Shown in pieces: positions 9,856-16,935 of a stretch of 50,879 nucleotides of DNA. The DNA is from Pseudomonadota bacterium (GTDB lineage: Bacteria > Pseudomonadota > Alphaproteobacteria > Micavibrionales > UBA2020), in contig JAZDGQ010000047.1 in the NCBI GenBank assembly GCA_043806835.1, positions 1 through 50,879 on the forward strand, read 5' to 3'. A program made the translations under genes and the position numbers. Position 1 is the stretch's first letter; each line of letters starts with the position of its first letter. A model generated the notes under the pieces. That model saw only the letters and a list, made by a program, of their open reading frames with translations. It was not told where the DNA came from and did not search any database.

Positions 9856-10173
9856 CTACGGTTCAATGCCGGGAGCCAGCGTCACGCGCAGGCCGTCCAG
9901 CGTTTCATTCAGCAAAATCTGGCAGGACAGGCGGGAATTGTCCCGCACCTCGAACGCATCGTCCAACTGGCCGGTCTCCTCCGGCAGGGGAGGATGCAGC
10001 TTGCCCGTCCAGAGGTCGTCCACATAGACGTGGCAGGTGGCGCAACTGCACGCCCCGCCGCATTCGGCCTTGATCGGCAGGCCGTGGTCGCGGATGACTT
10101 CCATCAGACGCCAGCCCTCGATCCCCTCGAGCGCGTGTTTTCTCCCCGCGCGATCCGTCACATAAACCATCAT
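9856..10173 (-). CDS. fdx: 2Fe-2S ferredoxin, adrenodoxin/Fdx type
   Basis: [12 protein letters not shown] and SRLSCQ give the four cluster-binding Cys. Confidence 0.93.
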   Translation of the reverse strand: MMVYVTDRAGRKHALEGIEGWRLMEVIRDHGLPIKAECGGACSCATCHVYVDDLWTGKLHPPLPEETGQLDDAFEVRDNSRLSCQILLNETLDGLRVTLAPGIEP

Positions 10174-10958
10174 GTGCCCCCCCTGTCACGCCGGGAGCTG
10201 AGGATCTGCTTCAACGCATAAGCGACGGAGGCATTCAGCAGCGTCACGGCGATCAGGGACACCGGCGCGCTCAGCACGATAAAAACGCTTTGTTCCATCG
10301 TGGTCAGCGGAGCCGCTGCAACCAGATCCGCCGACTTTCCGGTAAAAGCCGCCAGAAAAACCTGAAACAGGAAAATCAGAGGAAAAAGGCAGACAATCCC
10401 CATACCGATCAGCCGGAGCGAAAACATCATGCCCTCCGTCCGCCGCAGGACGGGGCGGATCGGATGGTGGACGGCGGCCAGAATCGGCGCCACGCCGAAC
10501 CGAACGCCCCAGACTATCCCTCCCATGACAAAAATCCCTCCCAGAGTAAGCGGCCAGTTGGCGCCCCACTGGTCTGACTTCGTCGCCGCCATAAGGCTGA
10601 CGGTCGCAACCGTTATGCCCATGTTGAACAGAAGATAAACAATCACGGACGCCTGCATGGCCAGCCTGCGGTCGGCACGCCAGGCATCGTCAGGCGGCAG
10701 ACGATTCATCCTTTCTCCCAGAAGAAGCAGGCGCATCTCCAGAAACACAAACCACGCAAACAGCACTGTCACCGGAAGATTCCATAAATAATCCTCTATC
10801 GAAGATGTCGCCTTGATCCCGAACAGAGGGATCGACGAGACGACAATTTGCGCCATCATAGGAATAAATCCAGCCTTCAGGAGATAGAGCCACTCCCTCC
10901 CCGTGAAAATATAGGCATTCCTGACGGCCTCGAAAATATTGAAACGACTGTTGTTCAT
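10170..10958 (-). CDS. Hypothetical multi-pass membrane protein
   Basis: About six hydrophobic segments; its stop overlaps the fdx start (coupled); TATAAT at 10993-10988 upstream on the minus strand. Confidence 0.8.
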   Translation of the reverse strand: MNNSRFNIFEAVRNAYIFTGREWLYLLKAGFIPMMAQIVVSSIPLFGIKATSSIEDYLWNLPVTVLFAWFVFLEMRLLLLGERMNRLPPDDAWRADRRLAMQASVIVYLLFNMGITVATVSLMAATKSDQWGANWPLTLGGIFVMGGIVWGVRFGVAPILAAVHHPIRPVLRRTEGMMFSLRLIGMGIVCLFPLIFLFQVFLAAFTGKSADLVAAAPLTTMEQSVFIVLSAPVSLIAVTLLNASVAYALKQILSSRRDRGGT

Positions 10959-11044
10959 TCGTCCATTCTGACCCCGATTTCACCGGAATTATAGAAGCAG
11001 CAGTATTACAAAAAAAGACATTTAATTCTCGTCGGATATTTGTA

Positions 11045-11073
11045 TTGACAGAATGCCTTCTATTGGCTCGCAT
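11045..11073 (+). promoter_or_regulatory. Possible sigma70 promoter facing an intergenic region with no annotated gene
   Basis: Perfect TTGACA at 11045-11050, a 17-nt spacer and a weak -10 (TCGCAT). Confidence 0.35.
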
Positions 11074-11375
11074 TCCCGTCGTATCCGCGAATGGTGCGGA
11101 AATGTCAGATTCTCAGATGGAAAACATCCTTTATCCGCCCGGAGATCCAAGCGACGGATCGCATCAGAGATACGGGTTCACCACTGCCGAAAAAAATATC
11201 CGGCATCATGGCCTCCGTGAAAACCTTGAGGCCATAGGACAAGGGCGCATTTGATGTCCCATCAGGGGCATTCCCCGCCGTTTGCCATTCGACCTCTTTT
11301 GTGTAAACGGCAGGACGGCAGACCGCCAAACGGGAATCCTCCGGGATATTCTGACACCGGACAACACGAACCCTG

Positions 11376-12380
11376 TTATAGATTCAGATTCCCTTGCTTG
11401 TTTTCAGGCTTTTTCTCCTGCCGAGGAGACGCTTCCTGCGGGAGGAATTTGCTGGCTTCGGCGGGGAAAAACGTCTTGTTCATATCCGCCTCTGCTTCTT
11501 TCCACTTCTTGTATATCTCGTCCTTCTCCGTCACGGAAAGACCTATGATGGTGATCGGAACGCATCCGGCACCGGGCTGGACCCCTCCCTCCTGCTGCTT
11601 GCGTTCAGAGATTTTTTGCTCTATCTGAGCGGAGAGCCAGAGCATTTCCTTTTGTTTCCGGCTTCCACCATCCACGCTGATCTCTGTCCAGCCGCGCACT
11701 CTCGCGATTTCCACCAGCTCGTCGGCATATTTCTGACTGAACCCTTTTTGGGAGCCGGTGATGCGTTCAATGCCCTCCTTTTCGTCACGGATCAGGCTAA
11801 ATTCGTTTGTGCTGCCAGGGGGCGTTGATTTCGCAACCGGATGGCTTTCTTTTTCAGTCCCCTTGAACAGGGATTTCAGGGAGCCGATGTTTTCCTTCAC
11901 GGCGTTCTTTGACATGCCCGCAAGCCCGGCTACGGCAAGACCGCTCGCGACCACTCCGGCGGTCGTATACACGAACGCCTCGGCCAACAAAGACCCAAGA
12001 GACGGCAGGAAAGGCATGAGCGGCCTCATAATGCCGCCAATCGCGCGCAACTCTCCGGGTACGGGCGTGGGCAGAACGGACAGGATCGGAGCCAGAGCGT
12101 CTCCAAAGGGCAGGTACGGCGCCAGCGGCACCAGCACAAAGAGAGCCTGAGCCGCAATGTAGACAAGGGCTCCTGCCGCCAGCGGCGCGGCGACACCGAG
12201 AAGACCTCTTTTTAAAATTTTCGTCCCCAAGCCGTCATCCGGCTTCACTTTCAGGGCGTCCCCGATTCCGACTCCCCATCGATACGGGGGAAATTTCATC
12301 AAAATGCTGTTTAAACCCATGATATGATCCTGCTTTTGAGACTCCAAACCGTATGGTAACATGATTCTTGGACGATTCAA
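11376..12380 (-). CDS. Hypothetical membrane-anchored protein with an LPD7-like C-terminal domain
   Basis: Hydrophobic N-terminal half. ELVEIARVRGWTEISVDGGSRKQKEMLWLSA matches the LPD7 pattern (..A..RGW..I.V.G...F...AW..A) by eye. Start uncertain (12380 or 12320). Confidence 0.75.
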   Translation of the reverse strand: MNRPRIMLPYGLESQKQDHIMGLNSILMKFPPYRWGVGIGDALKVKPDDGLGTKILKRGLLGVAAPLAAGALVYIAAQALFVLVPLAPYLPFGDALAPILSVLPTPVPGELRAIGGIMRPLMPFLPSLGSLLAEAFVYTTAGVVASGLAVAGLAGMSKNAVKENIGSLKSLFKGTEKESHPVAKSTPPGSTNEFSLIRDEKEGIERITGSQKGFSQKYADELVEIARVRGWTEISVDGGSRKQKEMLWLSAQIEQKISERKQQEGGVQPGAGCVPITIIGLSVTEKDEIYKKWKEAEADMNKTFFPAEASKFLPQEASPRQEKKPENKQGNLNL

Positions 12381-12449
12381 ACCATGATTGTGATATTTCC
12401 CTTAAAAACATCACTCCGGCACACACCAAAATCCGGTTATCATCACAAG

Positions 12450-12473
12450 ATACCGGCTTTCGCCGGTATGACG
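12450..12473. repeat. REP-like hairpin
   Basis: ATACCGGC-TTTC-GCCGGTAT is a perfect 8-bp stem followed by GACG; it belongs to the ...ATGAC family. Confidence 0.55.
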
Positions 12474-12688
12474 GCGTTGGCTCTCCCTCCTGTTTGCCGC
12501 CATGAACGCAACGAAAAATCTCCTTTGTTTTCACAAGGACGCCTTCCTCGCGCAGCCTGTCTCCGCGAAGGCGGGGGCTCGGAACGACACAAAAGATGGT
12601 TTTCAGCAGACTGCTATACATCAACCCTGATTTGTGCTGCTATCAGAAAGGCCGTTTGTCCCGGATTCAACTCAGAAAGGAAAAAACC

Positions 12689-13021
12689 ATGAAAAGATTT
12701 CTTTTTGCCGCCCTCCTCCTTGTTTCCACGCCGGCAATGGCGGAAGACTTTGCGGCGCCCACAGCCCCCCCACCGAATCAGGCCGCAGCTGCGAACGAGA
12801 TAGCCGCCGGGCCAAAGATGAGCTTCGAGGAACGCAAGGCCAAAGTCCTCAAGCGCATGGATGAGCGCATCGCCGATATACAGAAAAGTCAGGCCTGCAT
12901 TCAGGCTGCTGAAACCCCGGAAGCTCTGGAGACATGCTTCCCGGACACGGGAAAACTCCGTCCCATGATGGAGGGACGGGGCGGACGGGGCGGACGTGAC
13001 GACATGCCCGTGCACGAATAA
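12689..13021 (+). CDS. Small exported helical protein with two Cys
   Basis: AGAAAGGA SD; signal peptide MKRFLFAALLLVSTPAMA; coiled-coil FEERKAKVLKRMDERI...CIQAA...C. Confidence 0.8.
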   Translation: MKRFLFAALLLVSTPAMAEDFAAPTAPPPNQAAAANEIAAGPKMSFEERKAKVLKRMDERIADIQKSQACIQAAETPEALETCFPDTGKLRPMMEGRGGRGGRDDMPVHE

Positions 13022-13050
13022 AAGCCCGTCGAATCAGCTGTCGTCCGGGA

Positions 13051-14112
13051 TCATTTTGACTCCGGTGGAATTGTGGCAAAGAGTCTTTTTCTAAGCCGGA
13101 AAGCCACGCTCACGAGAGAAATAAGCACTGGCACTTCCACCAATGGCCCGATGACCGTGGCGAAGGCCACGGGGGACGCGAGTCCGTATGCGGAAATGGC
13201 GACCGCGATGGACAGCTCGAAATTATTGCTGGCGGCGGTAAAGGCCGCCGCCGCCGTCTTGCCGTAGTCCGCGCCGACGGCCTTGCCCATCCAGAAACTG
13301 ACGAAAAACATTATCAGGAAATAAATCGCCAGCGGTATCGCGATGCGCACGACGTCCAGGGGAAGCTGCAGGACCATGCCCCCCTTGAGACTGAACATCG
13401 CAAAAATCGTAAACAACAAAGCTACCAGCGTGAGGGGGTTTATTTTCGGCAGGAACACCCGTTCGTACCATTCCCCCCCCTTCTTCCCGATCAGGATCTT
13501 GCGCGTCAGGAAGCCGGCAACACATGGAATGCCGAGATAAATAAAAACGCTCTCCGCAATCGTCGCAAAACTCACATCGATGATCTTCCCCGCAAGGCCG
13601 AACACGGGCGGCAGCACGCTGAGAAACAGCCAGGCGTAAACGCTGAAAAAAAGAAGCTGAAAAACGCTGTTGAAGGCCACCAGCGCGGCGGCATACTGAT
13701 TGTCCCCCTCCGCCAGATGGTTCCAGACGATGACCATGGCGATGCATCTGGCGAGGCCGATTAAAATGAGTCCCGTCATGTATTCAGGGTAATCGTGCAG
13801 GAACAGGACGGCCAGACCAAACATCAGGAACGGGCCGACGAGCCAGTTCTGGACAAGCGAAAGCAGGAGGATCTTCCAGTCCTTGAAAACCAGCGGCAGC
13901 TCCTCGTATCTCACGCGCGCGAGCGGCGGAAACATCATGAGGATCAGGCCGATGGCGATGGGCATGTTCGTCGTGCCGACGGACATGCCGTTCAGAAACG
14001 CCAGCGCACCCGTGAACGCCGATCCGAGAGCGACCCCGCCCGCCATCGCCAGAAAAATCCAGAGCGTCAGGAAACGGTCGAGAAACGAAAGCCGACGTGC
14101 GCCTTCTGTCAT
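13051..14112 (-). CDS. acr3: ACR3-family arsenite efflux transporter
   Basis: [29 protein letters not shown] (the conserved Cys), [12 protein letters not shown] and [10 protein letters not shown]. Confidence 0.96.
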   Translation of the reverse strand: MTEGARRLSFLDRFLTLWIFLAMAGGVALGSAFTGALAFLNGMSVGTTNMPIAIGLILMMFPPLARVRYEELPLVFKDWKILLLSLVQNWLVGPFLMFGLAVLFLHDYPEYMTGLILIGLARCIAMVIVWNHLAEGDNQYAAALVAFNSVFQLLFFSVYAWLFLSVLPPVFGLAGKIIDVSFATIAESVFIYLGIPCVAGFLTRKILIGKKGGEWYERVFLPKINPLTLVALLFTIFAMFSLKGGMVLQLPLDVVRIAIPLAIYFLIMFFVSFWMGKAVGADYGKTAAAAFTAASNNFELSIAVAISAYGLASPVAFATVIGPLVEVPVLISLVSVAFRLRKRLFATIPPESK

Positions 14113-14134
14113 GACTGGCCCTTTAAAATCAAAT

Positions 14135-14560
14135 TCAGCTCTTATTCACCTCAACGCGATATACGGCGTTCCATGCCTCGCATCCCGCCGCACGGCCGGT
14201 CGCATGCCGCATGGCGCGGCTCCCCGCATCCCACGACTCGGGAGAAGGAGGCGCGCCCTCCATGTGTCTCTCCTCAAGTTTCACCGGAGCCGCCGCTATT
14301 GCCGCCGCCCACGCCGCCGCCCACGCCGCATCCCACGCCGCATCCCATGTCGCATCGCTCGTCGCGGGGGGAGCCGTATTCATCGCCGTCTCCATCTCCG
14401 CCGCCCACGCTTTGCGACCTTCTGCGGGATTGCTTGCGCGATACCCCACGGCGGCGCGGCTGGCGGCATCCCACGCAGCGTCCCACGCCGCCACCCAAGC
14501 CGTGCGACCCTCCGCGCTCAACGCCGCCCGGCAGATGTCTCTTTTCTCAACCATACGCAA
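14135..14560 (-). CDS. Hypothetical Trp/Ala/Asp repeat protein (WDAA repeats)
   Basis: Open frame containing [10 protein letters not shown] and [16 protein letters not shown]; GAGG upstream; 22 nt upstream of acr3 on the same strand. Start is TTG 14560 or ATG 14554. Confidence 0.55.
   Translation of the reverse strand: MRMVEKRDICRAALSAEGRTAWVAAWDAAWDAASRAAVGYRASNPAEGRKAWAAEMETAMNTAPPATSDATWDAAWDAAWAAAWAAAIAAAPVKLEERHMEGAPPSPESWDAGSRAMRHATGRAAGCEAWNAVYRVEVNKS
14304..14351. repeat. 12-bp tandem repeat, 4 copies (second 3-copy cluster at 14466-14501)
   Basis: gccgcccacgcc gccgcccacgcc gcatcccacgcc gcatcccatgtc. Confidence 0.85.
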
Positions 14561-14767
14561 AACGCCTCGTGCGAATGAACACCCTCAAACGAACTATACC
14601 CTTATAACCATGTCATTCAAACCGGAATTTTTACATGCCCCATTTATAGAATTCAGAACCGGAAAGAAGAAAAAATAGAGACTGGATCATGATGTCTCCG
14701 TTGTAAACCGGAGCAAGACGGATTACAAATGAGGATCCGCGAAGTGTCACAATCTGCCGGAGGATAA

Positions 14768-15379
14768 ATGCCCTCCCTGAAAGAGATCGTCCCCGCCGCC
14801 CTGACGCCTTTGGTGAATGCCAATATGGCGGGGCTGGTCATCGGGGCAATGTGGGTGGGAACGGCGATGCAGTGGCCGGTCATCGGGATCGGCATTGTCG
14901 TTGCCTGTTTCTCCTCCTACATCATTCCCCTCCTGATGATCCCCGTCGGGGTGTTTTCCCACTTCCTGATGGTCTACAAGGGAAAGAAACAGAAGGACAG
15001 GGAACAATTGATGTTCGTCCTGAGCGTTTCCTACATCCTGCTGTTCCTGACGCTGTGGTGCGTGGGCATTTTTGAATTTGTGACAACCCGCGTCAGTCCG
15101 GACGCCGCCCGGGCGGCAGGGCTGGTATGGGCGGATTCCGTCGCGATGCTGCCCCTGCTGATGTGGATAAACCGCGACCGTGGGAATATTTTCATCATGA
15201 CCCTGGTCGAAACCGCCCAGATCGCCCTCCTGCTGCTTTCCGCAATCAGGTTCGTCGGGATTGAGACATCCTTCTGGTCGTCTTCTGCGGTTTTTGGCGG
15301 CCTCCTGTCCCTTGTGGCGGTTCTGCTGGCTGCCCGCGAGAGAGAGTCCCTGAAAAACCCTGCGGGAGATCCGCATTAA
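14768..15379 (+). CDS. Hypothetical multi-pass membrane protein
   Basis: GGAGG SD directly upstream; about six hydrophobic segments. Confidence 0.8.
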   Translation: MPSLKEIVPAALTPLVNANMAGLVIGAMWVGTAMQWPVIGIGIVVACFSSYIIPLLMIPVGVFSHFLMVYKGKKQKDREQLMFVLSVSYILLFLTLWCVGIFEFVTTRVSPDAARAAGLVWADSVAMLPLLMWINRDRGNIFIMTLVETAQIALLLLSAIRFVGIETSFWSSSAVFGGLLSLVAVLLAARERESLKNPAGDPH

Positions 15380-15391
15380 CCATCTGTTAAC
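15376..15391 (+). promoter_or_regulatory. CtrA-binding consensus TTAA-N7-TTAAC
   Basis: TTAA CCATCTG TTAAC; both half-sites read TTAACC. Confidence 0.6.
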
Positions 15392-15414
15392 CGACAGGTG
15401 ATACCCTGAAGGTT

Positions 15415-15501
15415 AGGGGTTTTCTGTTTCCCCTGGATTCGGCTTTTTATTTGTGCCTCCTCACAACACCTTCACGCCGCCCTTTATGGGCGGTTTTTTT
15501 T
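15415..15501 (+). ncRNA. Candidate trans-acting sRNA with three hairpins and an anti-SD loop
   Basis: AGGGG/CCCCT hairpin, TTGTG-CCTCCT-CACAA hairpin, then a GC terminator with T8; no ORF in the interval. Confidence 0.5.
15476..15501 (+). terminator. Intrinsic terminator
   Basis: CCGCCC-TTTAT-GGGCGG followed by eight T. Confidence 0.8.
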
Positions 15502-15628
15502 GGTGTACGGTTTCTTCCGTCTTTGGAATCACTCTTTGTCCTTGAGGAATTCAAAGGTTAATATTTCTTAAATCCTTTATTGCTAAAATGGACGGTGCAC
15601 CACCTTTTTTCAGCAGGAGAATGAAAAT

Positions 15629-15799
15629 ATGCAGACTTCCCACCTCAAAGCCCTTAAGGAGAAGCATGAAAAACTGGAACGAAGCATTCACAAGGAGACG
15701 ACCCACCCGGCGCGCGACGCCACGCTGATTGAAAAGCTGAAAAAGGAAAAACTGCGTCTCAAGGAGAAAATCGAGCGCGTTAAAAAAACGGGCGGGTAG
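15629..15799 (+). CDS. DUF465/YdcH-like small coiled-coil protein (56 aa, below the ORF-track cutoff)
   Basis: MQTSHLKALKEKHEKLERSIHKE...LIEKLKKEKLRLKEKIERV; CAGGAG SD 9 nt upstream. Confidence 0.85.
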   Translation: MQTSHLKALKEKHEKLERSIHKETTHPARDATLIEKLKKEKLRLKEKIERVKKTGG

Positions 15800-15808
15800 C
15801 GCAGGCTT

Positions 15809-16744
15809 TCATCCCCCCTCCGGGCAGAGTTTTTTATAAACATCCGTCACCGGCACATCTTCCAGGGTCTCCGCCTGGATGGTCTGCGCCGACTTTCCGA
15901 CCGGCGCGGACTGTTCTGGGCTGGAAGCCCTCGTGCAGAACAACGCCACCGTCGGACACCCCGCCAGAGCCGCCAGATGCATCGGCCCCGTATCGTTGCC
16001 GACCGCGCCAGCCGCATCGCGCGCAAGGGCAGCGATATCGTACAGCGACGTCCGCCCGGAAAGATCGGCGATGCCGGGACAGGCTTTCACCACGCAGGAG
16101 ATCGTCTCCGCCTCCGCTTTCGTGCCGATCACGGCGACGTTGTATCCCTCTCTCATCAGCTTCAGGCCGAGCGCAGCGTAGCGCAAGGCAGGCCAGCGTT
16201 TTTCCGGACGCGCCGGAGCCGAGCCAGGAATAAGCAGGATGTATGGCTTCTTCAGGCCGAAGGAGCCAGCGTCCGACTGCATCCACGAAATATCGGGGAG
16301 CCGCACGTCCAGCCCGGCGACTTTCAGGATTTCCTGATGGCGCGTGAAGGCGTGGAGGCTGCGCCAGTCCGGATTGGCGTAGAACAAAGGCGATCCTGCG
16401 ATCACCCCCGACCACTCCGGCTTCTTCAGGAACAGGCGGCAATAAACGGCCGTGCGGTCGTTCAGTTGCAGATCGTAGACGCGCGTGAAACGGCCTCCGT
16501 TGAAAAGGCTGAACAGAAAATACCATCGGCGGATTTCGTAGAACTTCGGGCGGCTGTCGATGATGATATCGTTGAAATATCCGCTCCGCTCCGCGATGTC
16601 CAGAAAAGGCCGGGTGGTGAGCAGCGTGATATGCGCGTCCCTGTGATGACGTCGAATCGCCTCCATCGCCCCCAGCGCGAGAATGAAGTCTCCAAGGGCG
16701 CTGAGCTTGATGACGAGAATTTTTCCCGTTCCGGCTGTATTCAT
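15809..16744 (-). CDS. Glycosyltransferase family 9 (LPS heptosyltransferase-like)
   Basis: ILVIKLSALGDFI, EKRWP and VGNDTGPMHLAA. Start is 16744 or 16774. Confidence 0.92.
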   Translation of the reverse strand: MNTAGTGKILVIKLSALGDFILALGAMEAIRRHHRDAHITLLTTRPFLDIAERSGYFNDIIIDSRPKFYEIRRWYFLFSLFNGGRFTRVYDLQLNDRTAVYCRLFLKKPEWSGVIAGSPLFYANPDWRSLHAFTRHQEILKVAGLDVRLPDISWMQSDAGSFGLKKPYILLIPGSAPARPEKRWPALRYAALGLKLMREGYNVAVIGTKAEAETISCVVKACPGIADLSGRTSLYDIAALARDAAGAVGNDTGPMHLAALAGCPTVALFCTRASSPEQSAPVGKSAQTIQAETLEDVPVTDVYKKLCPEGG

Positions 16745-16935
16745 GATCGCGCCCGACACCCCTTTCGCCCCCATCCTGCCCTGAAAATCGCTTCAAAATC
16801 GGCATGTTAGCAGCCATAACGGCCAGATCCAACAATTTCCCCGAGAAGTGTTCATAATTCTTGTGCGGAGGGTACTTCAGTGATAGCATTATACAGTCCG
16901 TCAAAACTGTGCAAGAAAGTTTATGGGAGCTTTTT

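Noticed and set aside
11080-11360. tmRNA, RNase P, 6S, T-box or cobalamin riboswitch identity for the structured region
   Set aside because: No GGGGGCG/CCACCA tRNA-like ends, no GAGGAAAGUCC, no T-box or B12-box. The ATAGGACAAGGGCG resemblance to tmRNA is too short.
14304-14501. CRISPR-like array
   Set aside because: The units are 12 bp, abut without unique spacers and are in frame with an ORF; no cas genes are present.
15162-15170. Perfect DnaA box TGTGGATAA
   Set aside because: A single copy inside a coding region with no cluster or AT-rich unwinding element.
15558-15571. Second CtrA-like site TTAA-N6-TTAA upstream of the DUF465 gene
   Set aside because: The spacer is 6 rather than 7 nt and the region is AT-rich, so a chance match is likely.
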